From contig UQUS01000001.1 in the NCBI GenBank assembly GCA_900544335.1, positions 6,853 to 70,852 on the forward strand: a stretch of DNA of 64,000 nt, read 5' to 3'. Shown in pieces: positions 47,368-56,611 of the stretch; the first letter of the stretch is position 1; each line of letters opens with the position of its first letter. The stretch is from an uncultured Sutterella sp. (lineage in GTDB: Bacteria; Pseudomonadota; Gammaproteobacteria; Burkholderiales; Burkholderiaceae_F). The notes under the pieces are model-generated. The model ran no database searches and was not told the origin of the DNA. It saw only the letters and a program-made list of their open reading frames with translations. Position numbers and translations under genes: made by a program.

Positions 47368-48324
47368 ATGCAGGATTTTCTTATTCAATTTTCCGTCCAG
47401 TTCACCAAGTCCGTTCCGCTTTTTTGCTTAATCGGACTCGGATATGCCCTCGTGCGTTGGTGCGGCTTCGGAAAAACAGAAAGCAATGCGGTCGTCAAAT
47501 TTGCTTTTAATGTTTCGCTCACGGCCATGCTGTTTCGTCTGTTGGCGCAGCAATTTTTAAGCGACACACAGACGGACCCGTGTCTGCTGATTGCGTTTTT
47601 CGGGGCGTGTCTTGTGCTCCTTGTCATCTGTCGATTCGTTGCTATTCGATTTTTAAAAATCGACTCGGTCGGCGCGTCGGTTTTCGGTACGGGGTGCGTC
47701 TTTTGTAATAACGGATTACTCGGATTGCCGCTTGCCGTGGCCATGCTCGGAGACCAATACTTGCCGAGCATTGCGTGCGTGATTACCTTTAATGCCCTCA
47801 TTTTATGGACCGCCGTTTCTCTTTTAGTCGAGCAGGGCGGTCGCCGATTTACGCCGAAAAACTTCATTCTGACGGTGTTCCACGTCTTTAAAAACCCTCT
47901 GATCATTGCGATTTTCTCCGGCGTCTTGTGGAACTTCACACGCATTAAGTTCCCGTACTACATCGACGAACCCTTGCGACTTGTGGCCCAGTCGGCAACG
48001 CCCTTGTCGCTTATTGCCGTCGGTATGGGTCTAGCGGAGTACGGCATCAGTAAGGGTTTCGGAACCGGCGTGATTCTCTCGACAGTCAAACTCATTGTCC
48101 ACCCGATTGCCGTGTTTGCCCTGGCGGCCTTAATCGGACTCGGTCCGATTGAAAAGACGGCTGTTGTGTTTCTGGCCGCTTTGCCGTGCGGCGTGAACGT
48201 GTACCTGATGAGTCGGACATTTCATGCGATTGAGGCGGAAATTGCCGATGCCATGCTCATTTCCACCATGATTGCCGCCGTTACGATGCCTTTAGTTGTG
48301 ACCTTACTGCGTCAGATTCCCTAA
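47368..48324 (+). CDS. AEC-family (auxin-efflux-carrier/malate permease-like) membrane transporter
   Basis: 318 aa, ~10 transmembrane segments. ATG at 47368 with an AAAGG RBS; the ORF-track extension is non-hydrophobic. Confidence 0.75.
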   Translation: MQDFLIQFSVQFTKSVPLFCLIGLGYALVRWCGFGKTESNAVVKFAFNVSLTAMLFRLLAQQFLSDTQTDPCLLIAFFGACLVLLVICRFVAIRFLKIDSVGASVFGTGCVFCNNGLLGLPLAVAMLGDQYLPSIACVITFNALILWTAVSLLVEQGGRRFTPKNFILTVFHVFKNPLIIAIFSGVLWNFTRIKFPYYIDEPLRLVAQSATPLSLIAVGMGLAEYGISKGFGTGVILSTVKLIVHPIAVFALAALIGLGPIEKTAVVFLAALPCGVNVYLMSRTFHAIEAEIADAMLISTMIAAVTMPLVVTLLRQIP

Positions 48325-48414
48325 AGGGGAGGGAGAAGTTTCATACTTTTTTGAAAAAAGTATGAAAACTACGGTACTATCCCGTTGCCTTCCTTTTTAT
48401 GACGGAGACTTACG

Positions 48415-50409
48415 ATGGTCGCTCAAATTTGCCCCGTTTCTCGCACGGTTATCGCTCTTACGATGGGGTGCTTAACCGGTTTTTCAACAGTCTACGCGGC
48501 CGCTGAGCAAGATCTCGGCCAGGTTTTAGTGACAGCCGAGAGTGAGACTTCGCCTGCTTTGCCGGAAACCTCCTCTCTCGGAACACAAAGTAATCGCGTC
48601 AGTCGCGAGCAAATCGAGAACCAAGCCGCAACCGATATCAATCATGCGTTAACACTTATTCCCGGTGTTATGACGCGCTCTCAAACCATGATGGGCGGTC
48701 AGACAAGCCACGGCATTTATGTCCGAGGGCGGGGTGCAAGCCACCCGGGTTCGGACGTGGCAATTTACTTTGACGGCGTCCCGCGTGCCGGGGCGATTTA
48801 CGGACAGACGCTCTTTGACGGCATCAGCCTCGGAAGCGTTGAGGCTATCGAGGTTTTCAAGAGTCCGCAGCCCGCGAATTTCGGAAGCGGCTATGCGGCC
48901 GTCAATATGGAGCCGCGCAAAATCAAGCGCGCCGGTCAGGAAGTTGAAATTTCGGTCGCAGGCGGCTCGCACGAGACAGTCAATGAAGAGGTCTTTGCCG
49001 GCTATAAAAACGATCGGTTTGACGTCAGTGCCGTGCAAAACTGGGCCAGTACCGCAGGACATGTCAACCACTCGCGTGCGCAGCAGCAAAACTATTACCT
49101 CAATACCGGCTGGCAATTAACGCCGAATGAGGAAGTACGGTTTTTAGCCAACAGAACGCTCGGACAGACGCTGCAGCCCGACAAGAGGGGAGGCGCTCGA
49201 TCGGTTGACCGCTATGACACGGATACCACATTTTTTACCTTAACGCTCAATAGCCGCCGTGAGAGTTCGGAGGGGTTTCTCAAGACCTATTACAACGACA
49301 CGCAATATGACCTACTCGGCGAGCGCAAGAAAATCAGTGGTACCGTTACTAAGCTTGCTGATTCCAGACAGAGTATGAAACTGTATGGTGTCCGGGGTAA
49401 GTACAGCTGGTCTTTTGCCGAGGCGACGCGCCTGACAGTCGGCATGGATTTAGATCGTACCGAAACAACAAATAGGCAGCGTATGCAGGAAAGCGGCGCG
49501 ACGACCTACTGGGACTTTCCGACGATGACGCTCTTTTCTCCGTACGCGAGCGTCTCGTACGACTGGCAAGTCGGGGATGTTGTTGTAACGCCCTCGGTCG
49601 GACTGCGTTCTTATACGCACAGTGAATTTAAAGACGTCGTTGCCCCGCAGGCAGGTCTTGTCGTCTCCTCCGGTCTTTGGCGGTGGAATGCAAACTACGC
49701 ACGCGGCGTGAATTACCCGACTCCGGTTGCCCTGCAAGGGCTCGTTGTGCGTGGGAGGTCTCACTCGTCACAGGCGTGGGCCTCTCTTAAGCCAGAAGTT
49801 GTCGACCACTATGAGACGGGAATCGGACTGATGGTCAATCCGGAAAATGCCGTCAATCTGACCGCCTTTTACGACCGAGGACGCGATCGCTTTCGCGTTA
49901 ACATGAGTCCGAACGTGCCTCCTACCTGGAACGATCCCGTGGGGCGCTACAAGGTCGCCGGTCTTGAGGCAAGTATCCAAAAGTCCTTCGGGTCCGATGT
50001 CAAAACCTTTGCCGCCGTGACCTACATGAACGTGCGCGCAACGGATAGTGCAGGAAAGCTTTCCAAGCACCTTGCGTACTCGCCCAAGTGGCTTATTCAG
50101 GGTGGCGCGACATGGAACATCACGCACGCTTGGAAGTTATATGCCGATGCGATGTATGTTTCCGATCTTTGGAGCGGAATGAATGCTCGTCCGTCCCAGA
50201 ATTTCGGCTATTCAACGGATAAGAAACTGAAAGATTTCCTATTGGTTAATGTCAAACTTTCGCGCACATTCGAGCCGCCTCAGGGGTTGCCGAAGAATGC
50301 GGAAGTGTTTGTTTCCGTGAATAATCTGCTCAATCGGGACTATGCATGGGATGCCGGCTACCCGATGCCCGGAATTACGGCATTTGCCGGAGTGAAATTC
50401 GGTTTTTAG
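48415..50409 (+). CDS. TonB-dependent outer-membrane receptor
   Basis: Signal peptide, plug-domain motifs, and a C-terminal F after the last beta strand (GVKFGF). The TonB box was not identified by eye. Confidence 0.85.
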   Translation: MVAQICPVSRTVIALTMGCLTGFSTVYAAAEQDLGQVLVTAESETSPALPETSSLGTQSNRVSREQIENQAATDINHALTLIPGVMTRSQTMMGGQTSHGIYVRGRGASHPGSDVAIYFDGVPRAGAIYGQTLFDGISLGSVEAIEVFKSPQPANFGSGYAAVNMEPRKIKRAGQEVEISVAGGSHETVNEEVFAGYKNDRFDVSAVQNWASTAGHVNHSRAQQQNYYLNTGWQLTPNEEVRFLANRTLGQTLQPDKRGGARSVDRYDTDTTFFTLTLNSRRESSEGFLKTYYNDTQYDLLGERKKISGTVTKLADSRQSMKLYGVRGKYSWSFAEATRLTVGMDLDRTETTNRQRMQESGATTYWDFPTMTLFSPYASVSYDWQVGDVVVTPSVGLRSYTHSEFKDVVAPQAGLVVSSGLWRWNANYARGVNYPTPVALQGLVVRGRSHSSQAWASLKPEVVDHYETGIGLMVNPENAVNLTAFYDRGRDRFRVNMSPNVPPTWNDPVGRYKVAGLEASIQKSFGSDVKTFAAVTYMNVRATDSAGKLSKHLAYSPKWLIQGGATWNITHAWKLYADAMYVSDLWSGMNARPSQNFGYSTDKKLKDFLLVNVKLSRTFEPPQGLPKNAEVFVSVNNLLNRDYAWDAGYPMPGITAFAGVKFGF

Positions 50410-50422
50410 GTGATTTGTCAAA

Positions 50423-51049
50423 ATGGAAAGCTTGACACAAGAAGAACAGCTCAAGTCCGATGCGCGTCGTGCGTTTTTCGACGCGCATGCCCACGGGTGG
50501 GAAGAGCGCGGTTATCCGGCTGACGTTCGGGTGCGTCTCGAGGCACTTGTCGAGTGCTTCGGGATTGAGTCCGGCGAGAAGATTCTCGATGTCGGGTGCG
50601 GCGAGGGTGTGCTCGTGCCGTACCTACTTGATCGACTCGGTCCGACCGGCTTTGTCGTCGAGCTGGATAACTCGCTAGAAATGCTCAAAGGAGCTGCCAA
50701 AAAATCAGCTCGGCAAATTCAGTGTGTCTGGTCGGCTGTTGAGACACTGCCGCTAGTTGATGAAGATTTTGACCGAGTGATTTGTTTTGCCTCGTTTCCG
50801 CACTTTGCCAATCCCCTCAAAGCATTAAAGCAAATTCATCGCGTTTTAAAACCGGCCGGAAGTCTTGTAATCGCCCATCTTTTAAGTCGCGAAGAAATTG
50901 CCCGACACCACGCCAAAAGTACGGTGGTTCTCGGCGATGAACTTCCCGGAGAGGCGGCGATGCGGGTCCTTATGACGCAGACGGGCTTTTGCGTCAAGCG
51001 TCTTGAGGATAGGCCGGGGCGGTATTTATTGGTTGCTACCAAGGAGTAA
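50423..51049 (+). CDS. class I SAM-dependent methyltransferase
   Basis: Motif I ILDVGCGEG plus post-I acidic and motif II regions; 208 aa. Confidence 0.8.
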   Translation: MESLTQEEQLKSDARRAFFDAHAHGWEERGYPADVRVRLEALVECFGIESGEKILDVGCGEGVLVPYLLDRLGPTGFVVELDNSLEMLKGAAKKSARQIQCVWSAVETLPLVDEDFDRVICFASFPHFANPLKALKQIHRVLKPAGSLVIAHLLSREEIARHHAKSTVVLGDELPGEAAMRVLMTQTGFCVKRLEDRPGRYLLVATKE

Positions 51050-51052
51050 GTC

Positions 51053-51880
51053 GTGATTTCAAGACGCGCACTGATGCTTGGAGGAGCCTGTCTTTTCGTG
51101 ACCGAAGGCGCTCTGAGCAGCTTTTTTGAACGCTCGTATGTTTTGGGATCGACCCTTTTAGAAGATATCGTTTCGGACTTGACGGCAGGGCGCGCCAAGA
51201 CGCGGCTTTTAATCAGCGGGTCGGCTTGCCCCGGGCACACCGATGTCAAAGCGTCCGACTTGGTGTTTGCAGCCAATGCTCAAGGAATTTACGTTCACCC
51301 GAGGCAAATGACGCTACCGAGCTTAACGCAATTATTTGCAGCTAAAGAGCAGTTGCGCACAAGAACGCACGCAATCGCTATCTCGGGAAGCTGGCTTATC
51401 CCCGATGTGCAGATTCAAGCGAGTCGCGCCGTTGCAAAGACTCTGGTGCAAGGCGAAACCTCCGATTTTTCCAACGCGGTTTACGGGCGCCTTCAAAAGC
51501 GCCTTGAGCGCATCCAAGCTTTTTCCGATGGCCTTACTCCCGTGCGTGCGCGTTTTCACGGAAAACCCGTTGTATCGGCGCTCATGCAAAAAGACTTTGT
51601 CTCCTGGTGTGGCTTTTCCGTCGCGGCAACGTTCGGAGGCGCCGAATCGATGAATCCGAAGACGCTTGGCCAGACGATTGCTCTCGCACGCAAGCATCGC
51701 GCCATCGGTGTTGTAGAAAATCTTCAGAGCGGGCAAGAGGCGGGACTGCCGATTGCCGAGGAACTGAAAATCCCGCGGGCGATTCTTTCCAATTTCCCCG
51801 AATCGGACGACAATGTTCCCGATTACTTTTCTTTAGTGCGAGAAAACATCAAGCAGTTGCTCCTTTTAACGGGAAATTAA
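51053..51880 (+). CDS. metal ABC transporter substrate-binding protein (ZnuA/TroA cluster A-I-like, divergent)
   Basis: Signal peptide; weak similarity to ZnuA around CPGHTDVKASDL (cf. SPHDYSLRPSDV); operon context with ABC-3 permease and ATPase genes. Confidence 0.6.
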   Translation: MISRRALMLGGACLFVTEGALSSFFERSYVLGSTLLEDIVSDLTAGRAKTRLLISGSACPGHTDVKASDLVFAANAQGIYVHPRQMTLPSLTQLFAAKEQLRTRTHAIAISGSWLIPDVQIQASRAVAKTLVQGETSDFSNAVYGRLQKRLERIQAFSDGLTPVRARFHGKPVVSALMQKDFVSWCGFSVAATFGGAESMNPKTLGQTIALARKHRAIGVVENLQSGQEAGLPIAEELKIPRAILSNFPESDDNVPDYFSLVRENIKQLLLLTGN

Positions 51881-51884
51881 ATCC

Positions 51885-52661
51885 ATGGCTGAGTGTATTG
51901 CCTCCCTTGTTGATGTGTGCGCCGGATACGGAGCACGGGAGGTGTTGCACACTCTGACGTGGTCTGTTAAGGCCGGGGAGTTTTGGGGCCTGATCGGCCC
52001 GAACGGATCGGGAAAATCCACATTGCTCGGCCTTTTTAATGCGATGACACCGGCATCCTCCGGTCACGTTTTTTTCCAGGGTGAAGAAGTGACGCGGACC
52101 AATTTACACCGCGTGCGCACCAAGATTGCCCACGTCTTTCAAATGGTGGAAGTGGACCGAAAAATTCCCGTGACGGTTTACGAGGCGGTTTTAGCCGGGA
52201 CGTTCTCCAAACTCGGTCTCTTTCATCGACCCGGAGCGCGCGAAAAAGCTCTGGCGCTCAAAGCCATTGAGCGCGTCGGTCTAGCGGATGTCAAAGATCG
52301 ACCCTTAGGGGGCGTCTCGGGCGGGCAAAAGCAACGCGCGGCTATCGCACGGGCTCTGGCGCAAGAGCCCGAACTTATGCTTCTTGATGAACCGACGGCA
52401 GCCTTGGATTGGCAGGCTCAACGGGATATCTTGGAACTCATTGCCTCGCTTCAAAAGACGCTCGGATTGACGGTTGTGATGGCAACCCATGACTTAAATG
52501 CCGTTTCCCACATCACAACGCATACGGCGATGCTCAAAAGCGGCTCTTTCGTGCACGTCTCGACAACGCGAGAAGCGATGAATGGCGATGTCCTTTCGCG
52601 TCTTTATGACACCCCCGTGGATGTTTTCGAACACAACGGGCGGCAGATCGCGCTCTTTTAA
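51885..52661 (+). CDS. metal ABC transporter ATP-binding protein (ZnuC-like)
   Basis: Walker A GPNGSGKST, signature LSGGQKQR, Walker B LLLDEP. Confidence 0.85.
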   Translation: MAECIASLVDVCAGYGAREVLHTLTWSVKAGEFWGLIGPNGSGKSTLLGLFNAMTPASSGHVFFQGEEVTRTNLHRVRTKIAHVFQMVEVDRKIPVTVYEAVLAGTFSKLGLFHRPGAREKALALKAIERVGLADVKDRPLGGVSGGQKQRAAIARALAQEPELMLLDEPTAALDWQAQRDILELIASLQKTLGLTVVMATHDLNAVSHITTHTAMLKSGSFVHVSTTREAMNGDVLSRLYDTPVDVFEHNGRQIALF

Positions 52662-52672
52662 GGACAGAGCCG

Positions 52673-53479
52673 ATGCAAGAGCTTCTGACCTACGAATTCA
52701 TGCAGCGAGCCTTGGCTATGGCCGTTATTTCGGGATTAACGTGCGGTCTACTCGGCGTGTTTGTCGTGCTCCTTCGCATGAGCTTTATCGGTATTTGCGT
52801 TTCGCATGCAGCTTTCGCCGGAGCTCTCATCGGCGTCTGGCTCGGCTTTCCGCCCGCTCTTTGCGGTTTTGTCGGCTCGGTCGGGGTAACGGCCGGCGTG
52901 CAGGTCTGGAGTCGGCGCTTACGGGTTTCGACCGATACGGTCGTCGGTGTGATTTTTTCCGTGATGCTCAGCCTTTCGATGCTCGTGCTCGGTCTTTTGC
53001 CGGGCTCGCGTGCCGAGGGTCTGAATTTCCTGTGGGGCAATCTGTTAACGGCCAGTCGAACGGATTTAATCTGGATGGGACTATGTGCCGTTTTGCTCAT
53101 CGGATTTATCGCCCTTTTCTTCAAAGAAATCGAGGCTGTCATCAGTCAGAAAGATGCCGCGCAAGCAAGCGGAATTCCCGTCCGAGAACTCACGCTTGCG
53201 ATGATGCTCATCATGGGACTGGTGATTGCCGTGGCGCTTAAGGCCGTCGGCGGGGTTTTGATTTATGCCTTAATCGTGACGCCGGCGGCAACGGCGCTTC
53301 AGACCTCAAAAAGCCTTAAGACGATGTTTATTGTCTCGGGGCTTTGGGGGATGGGCGCCAGTGTGGTCGGGCTTTTCCTGGCCGGTCTTTTTTCCATTCC
53401 GACGGGAGCGTGCGTCGTTTTAACGGCCACGGCTTTCCTTGTCCTCGTCAGGCTTTTGAGTAAAGGCGAGGCGCGATGA
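52673..53479 (+). CDS. metal ABC transporter permease (ABC-3/ZnuB family)
   Basis: 268 aa; similarity to the ZnuB N-terminus (EFMQRAL..GLLCGLLGVF..) and eight transmembrane segments. Confidence 0.8.
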   Translation: MQELLTYEFMQRALAMAVISGLTCGLLGVFVVLLRMSFIGICVSHAAFAGALIGVWLGFPPALCGFVGSVGVTAGVQVWSRRLRVSTDTVVGVIFSVMLSLSMLVLGLLPGSRAEGLNFLWGNLLTASRTDLIWMGLCAVLLIGFIALFFKEIEAVISQKDAAQASGIPVRELTLAMMLIMGLVIAVALKAVGGVLIYALIVTPAATALQTSKSLKTMFIVSGLWGMGASVVGLFLAGLFSIPTGACVVLTATAFLVLVRLLSKGEAR

Positions 53480-54114
53480 GTCGGACAAGGCGTGTTTGGG
53501 TCGGAACCGCACTTTTGATCATCGCGCTGCACGGGGTTCTTTTCCTGACGTTTTTTAAAACAGAGAGCCTGTCGGTCGGGCGGAGTAGCCAGATTTTTGA
53601 AATCGTCGGCGTTCGAGTTCTCGAAAGCGCAGCCAATCGGCTCATTTCTCCTTCTGTGGCCTCTTTCGTGCCGAAAGCCACTCCAAAGTCCTCGAAACAC
53701 ACGAAGAAAAAGGCGCCGTCGCCGGTGGCAAATAATAATGCCGTCGTCTCGGCGTCGACCTCTCAGATTCAAGAGCCTCAAAAAACCGCACAGGTATCGC
53801 AGGCCCCGGATTTGACGGCCGGAAAGGAAGAAAGCGTTGTGATGGCAGCGCGACCGGTCTATGCGCCTCGCCCGTTGTATCCTCCCATCGAACGGCGGCA
53901 AGGGCGCGAGGGGCGCGTGATGCTCGCCCTTTTTGTTGACGATTCCGGGCGAGTTTCACAAGCGGGGGTACGCGAGAGTAGTGGCAGTGAGGCTTTCGAT
54001 CAGGCGGCGTTAAACGCCGTGAAACGCTGGAGATTTACTCCGGCACGCGACAGGGACGGGCGGGCTCTTTCGCGTTGGTGTACGGTACGAATTCTTTTTC
54101 AGATGGACAGGTAA
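53476..54114 (+). CDS. tonB: energy transducer TonB
   Basis: N-terminal transmembrane segment, Pro/Lys-rich spacer, and a C-terminal TonB domain (...AALNAVKRWRFTPA...). Confidence 0.8.
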   Translation: MSRTRRVWVGTALLIIALHGVLFLTFFKTESLSVGRSSQIFEIVGVRVLESAANRLISPSVASFVPKATPKSSKHTKKKAPSPVANNNAVVSASTSQIQEPQKTAQVSQAPDLTAGKEESVVMAARPVYAPRPLYPPIERRQGREGRVMLALFVDDSGRVSQAGVRESSGSEAFDQAALNAVKRWRFTPARDRDGRALSRWCTVRILFQMDR

Positions 54115-54126
54115 ACGGAGATTGGT

Positions 54127-54786
54127 ATGACAAACGCATTTTCGTCTTGGATGCTTTTTCTCGCACAAAGCGATGCGTGGATTGTGTGTGCGGCACTTGT
54201 GCTTTTTGTGATGTCCGTGATTGTCTGGACGGTCATTTGCGTCAAGGCGTTTGTGTTTTTCCGTGCTTACCGTCAAAAACGCGAGGCCTATGCGGCGTTT
54301 TCTTCGTCCGATAGCATCGAGTCGATGCGAAAGAAAGCGCCGAACAATCGGTGGCTACAGTTTGCCGAGGCCTCCCAAGGGGCCTTTCATATGGCAGACG
54401 GGAACCGCGTTTTAATGCAAGAACAGCGCAAGGTGCAGGAAGATGAGTTTTTAAAGGCGCTGACGAGTGGCCTCGGGGCCTTATCGACGATTGCGGCAAC
54501 GGCGCCTTTTGTTGGGTTGTTCGGAACGGTTGTCGGGATTTACCACACGATGACGGCGCTTTCGGCCGTCAATGCCGTGCCGAGCATCGCCCAAGTCGCA
54601 GGTCCCGTCGGGGAGACCCTGGTGATGACGGCGGCCGGTATTGCCGTCGCAATTCCGGCCGCCATCGGGTACAACTTTTTCGTGCACGTCACGCGCGCCG
54701 TATCTTCCGATGTTTCGGCCTGGTGGGTGCGCCTGCATTGCTGGAAGAGAACCGGAGCAAAGATGGTCTCGGAGGGTGAAAAATGA
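54127..54786 (+). CDS. exbB: MotA/TolQ/ExbB proton-channel protein ExbB
   Basis: Three transmembrane segments; conserved TM2/TM3 region ...PFVGLFGTVVGI. Confidence 0.85.
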   Translation: MTNAFSSWMLFLAQSDAWIVCAALVLFVMSVIVWTVICVKAFVFFRAYRQKREAYAAFSSSDSIESMRKKAPNNRWLQFAEASQGAFHMADGNRVLMQEQRKVQEDEFLKALTSGLGALSTIAATAPFVGLFGTVVGIYHTMTALSAVNAVPSIAQVAGPVGETLVMTAAGIAVAIPAAIGYNFFVHVTRAVSSDVSAWWVRLHCWKRTGAKMVSEGEK

Positions 54787-55169
54787 CCGACCCGATGCGC
54801 GATTTAAGCGAGATTAACGTCACGCCCTTAGTCGATGTGATGCTCGTGCTTTTGGTGATTTTTATCGTGACGGTTCCGGTGATGCGCTTGAGTATCCCCG
54901 TTAATTTGCCGCAATCGCAAGCTCAGGCGTTAAAAGAAACGCCACACCGCATCGATATCGTGATGAAAGAAGACGGATCGTATTACCTGGAGGGAAAGGC
55001 CGTAACGCAGGAAGCACTCACGGCAACGCTGACTCAGGCGGCCGTCAATCCTCAGGCCTTTGCCGAGATTAATGCCGATCAAGCCTGCCGGTACGGGGAC
55101 GTGATTTCGCTACTGAATCTCGTGAAGCATGCCGGCATCACCAAGGTCGGTTTTGCGACGCAACGGTAA
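54783..55169 (+). CDS. exbD: biopolymer transport protein ExbD
   Basis: NVTPLVDVMLVLLVIF signature; 128 aa. Confidence 0.85.
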   Translation: MTDPMRDLSEINVTPLVDVMLVLLVIFIVTVPVMRLSIPVNLPQSQAQALKETPHRIDIVMKEDGSYYLEGKAVTQEALTATLTQAAVNPQAFAEINADQACRYGDVISLLNLVKHAGITKVGFATQR

Positions 55170-55198
55170 AAAATGCGGCGACTTTTCAGCCGCCGCAT
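55167..55198 (-). terminator. rho-independent terminator of the minus-strand secreted-protein gene (convergent with exbD)
   Basis: atgcggcg / cgccgcat is a perfect 8-bp stem; the T-run lies on the minus strand. Confidence 0.5.
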
Positions 55199-55227
55199 GG
55201 GAACAGTATCAGGTCAAGCGAAAAGAA

Positions 55228-56232
55228 TTACTTAATCTTTTCGTAGATATAGACTTCGTGGATTTCCTTTGTATAGCCTTCGTCCTTGAACGGGCCCTGG
55301 CTCATACCGAGGATGATCTGCGTGCCGCGGTTATTCAAAACGAGCAAGTCTTGTGTGACCGGGTCAATGCACACACCTTCGATTTCGCCGGCACGGCGGA
55401 AATCGGTCATTTCACGGAACAGTTCAACGCGACCGGCAGCAGCGCCGCCCGCAACGAGGCCCGTGCGTTTCACGACCTTGCCGTTGGTATCGGTCTTAAC
55501 CGACCACGGTGTTTCTTTAACTGGTTCCGTACCGTTGACTAGGCCGGTGTAGGGAACGCCCGTGATGTCCATGATGTAAAGGTTATCGGCGATGTGATAG
55601 GTCGATTCGCCGTCGTCGGCAGAAAGAATCATCTTGCCGTCAGCAATGAAGATACCCTGGCACCAGTACGGATTCGGACGGCACTGGACCTTGGTGTAGT
55701 ACTTCTTGGTTTCCAGGCTGTAGGCATACACATAGCGGCTGTCGACCCAGTCCGAGAGCCAAACGAGGTTACGTTCGCGGTCTACGGCAACACCGGAGAC
55801 TTCGACCTGACCGGACTCGGCAGACCAAGGAATATCTTCAATCCACTTTAAGGTTTCGGCGTCATAAATCGAAACGCAGATGTTTTCGCCGCGGCCGAGG
55901 TTAAAGTGTTCGTTACCCGTGTAAATCTTTCCGTCATGCACGTCGATGTCACCGAAGTGATTGGCAAGTTCCGGATGCGGGAAAAGACCGTCGGTCTTCG
56001 TGCGAACGCGTTTTTTCACGAGCTTCCAGTTGCGGTCATACTTATACAGGCCGGCCGTGTCGGACACGTAGAAATATTTATCGTCAGCAGCGATGCCTTG
56101 ACGACCTTCGACTTGAACAACTTTCTTCAGACGATATTCTTTGCCGATATGGGGCGCAGCACTCACATACGAGGCGGCAAAAGCAAAGGCCAAAGCGGCG
56201 GTAACGCACTTGGCGACCGTAGACTTCTTCAT
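55228..56232 (-). CDS. secreted hypothetical protein, probably beta-rich/propeller-like
   Basis: Signal peptide MKKSTVAKCVTAALAFAFAASYVSA, then 310 aa rich in Y/W/G/D/N with repeating YxxD/YV patterns; no family recognised. Confidence 0.55.
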   Translation of the reverse strand: MKKSTVAKCVTAALAFAFAASYVSAAPHIGKEYRLKKVVQVEGRQGIAADDKYFYVSDTAGLYKYDRNWKLVKKRVRTKTDGLFPHPELANHFGDIDVHDGKIYTGNEHFNLGRGENICVSIYDAETLKWIEDIPWSAESGQVEVSGVAVDRERNLVWLSDWVDSRYVYAYSLETKKYYTKVQCRPNPYWCQGIFIADGKMILSADDGESTYHIADNLYIMDITGVPYTGLVNGTEPVKETPWSVKTDTNGKVVKRTGLVAGGAAAGRVELFREMTDFRRAGEIEGVCIDPVTQDLLVLNNRGTQIILGMSQGPFKDEGYTKEIHEVYIYEKIK

Positions 56233-56611
56233 ACACTTCTCCTTTCAAAAGGTTGGTTGTTTCCCTTTTCCCGACTGGAAAACGCAATCAGTGTATGGTG
56301 CAGGGCCGCCTGAATCTAAGTATTTTTACGTATTATTTGACACAAGTTGAGAAGTGGTTAAAGAGTCTGAAAAAAGGATTTGCAAAGGCATAACCTTTTG
56401 TTATACTTTCTTTTTTCAAGGGTAAAAATCTTCGGAAACGTACCCGACGCGCGCTTTGTCCGTCCAGTTTCCGATTGTCAAAAGGCACGCTTTCTTTCTT
56501 GCCATCCCACGGCGTTGTACCGGGCTCTTTCTCAGGTGTATTCTCGCGATTCGTATGGATGACAAGGTCGAGGCGTTTGTCGGTCCGTGCCGCCGATTTT
56601 GGAGAATCAAG

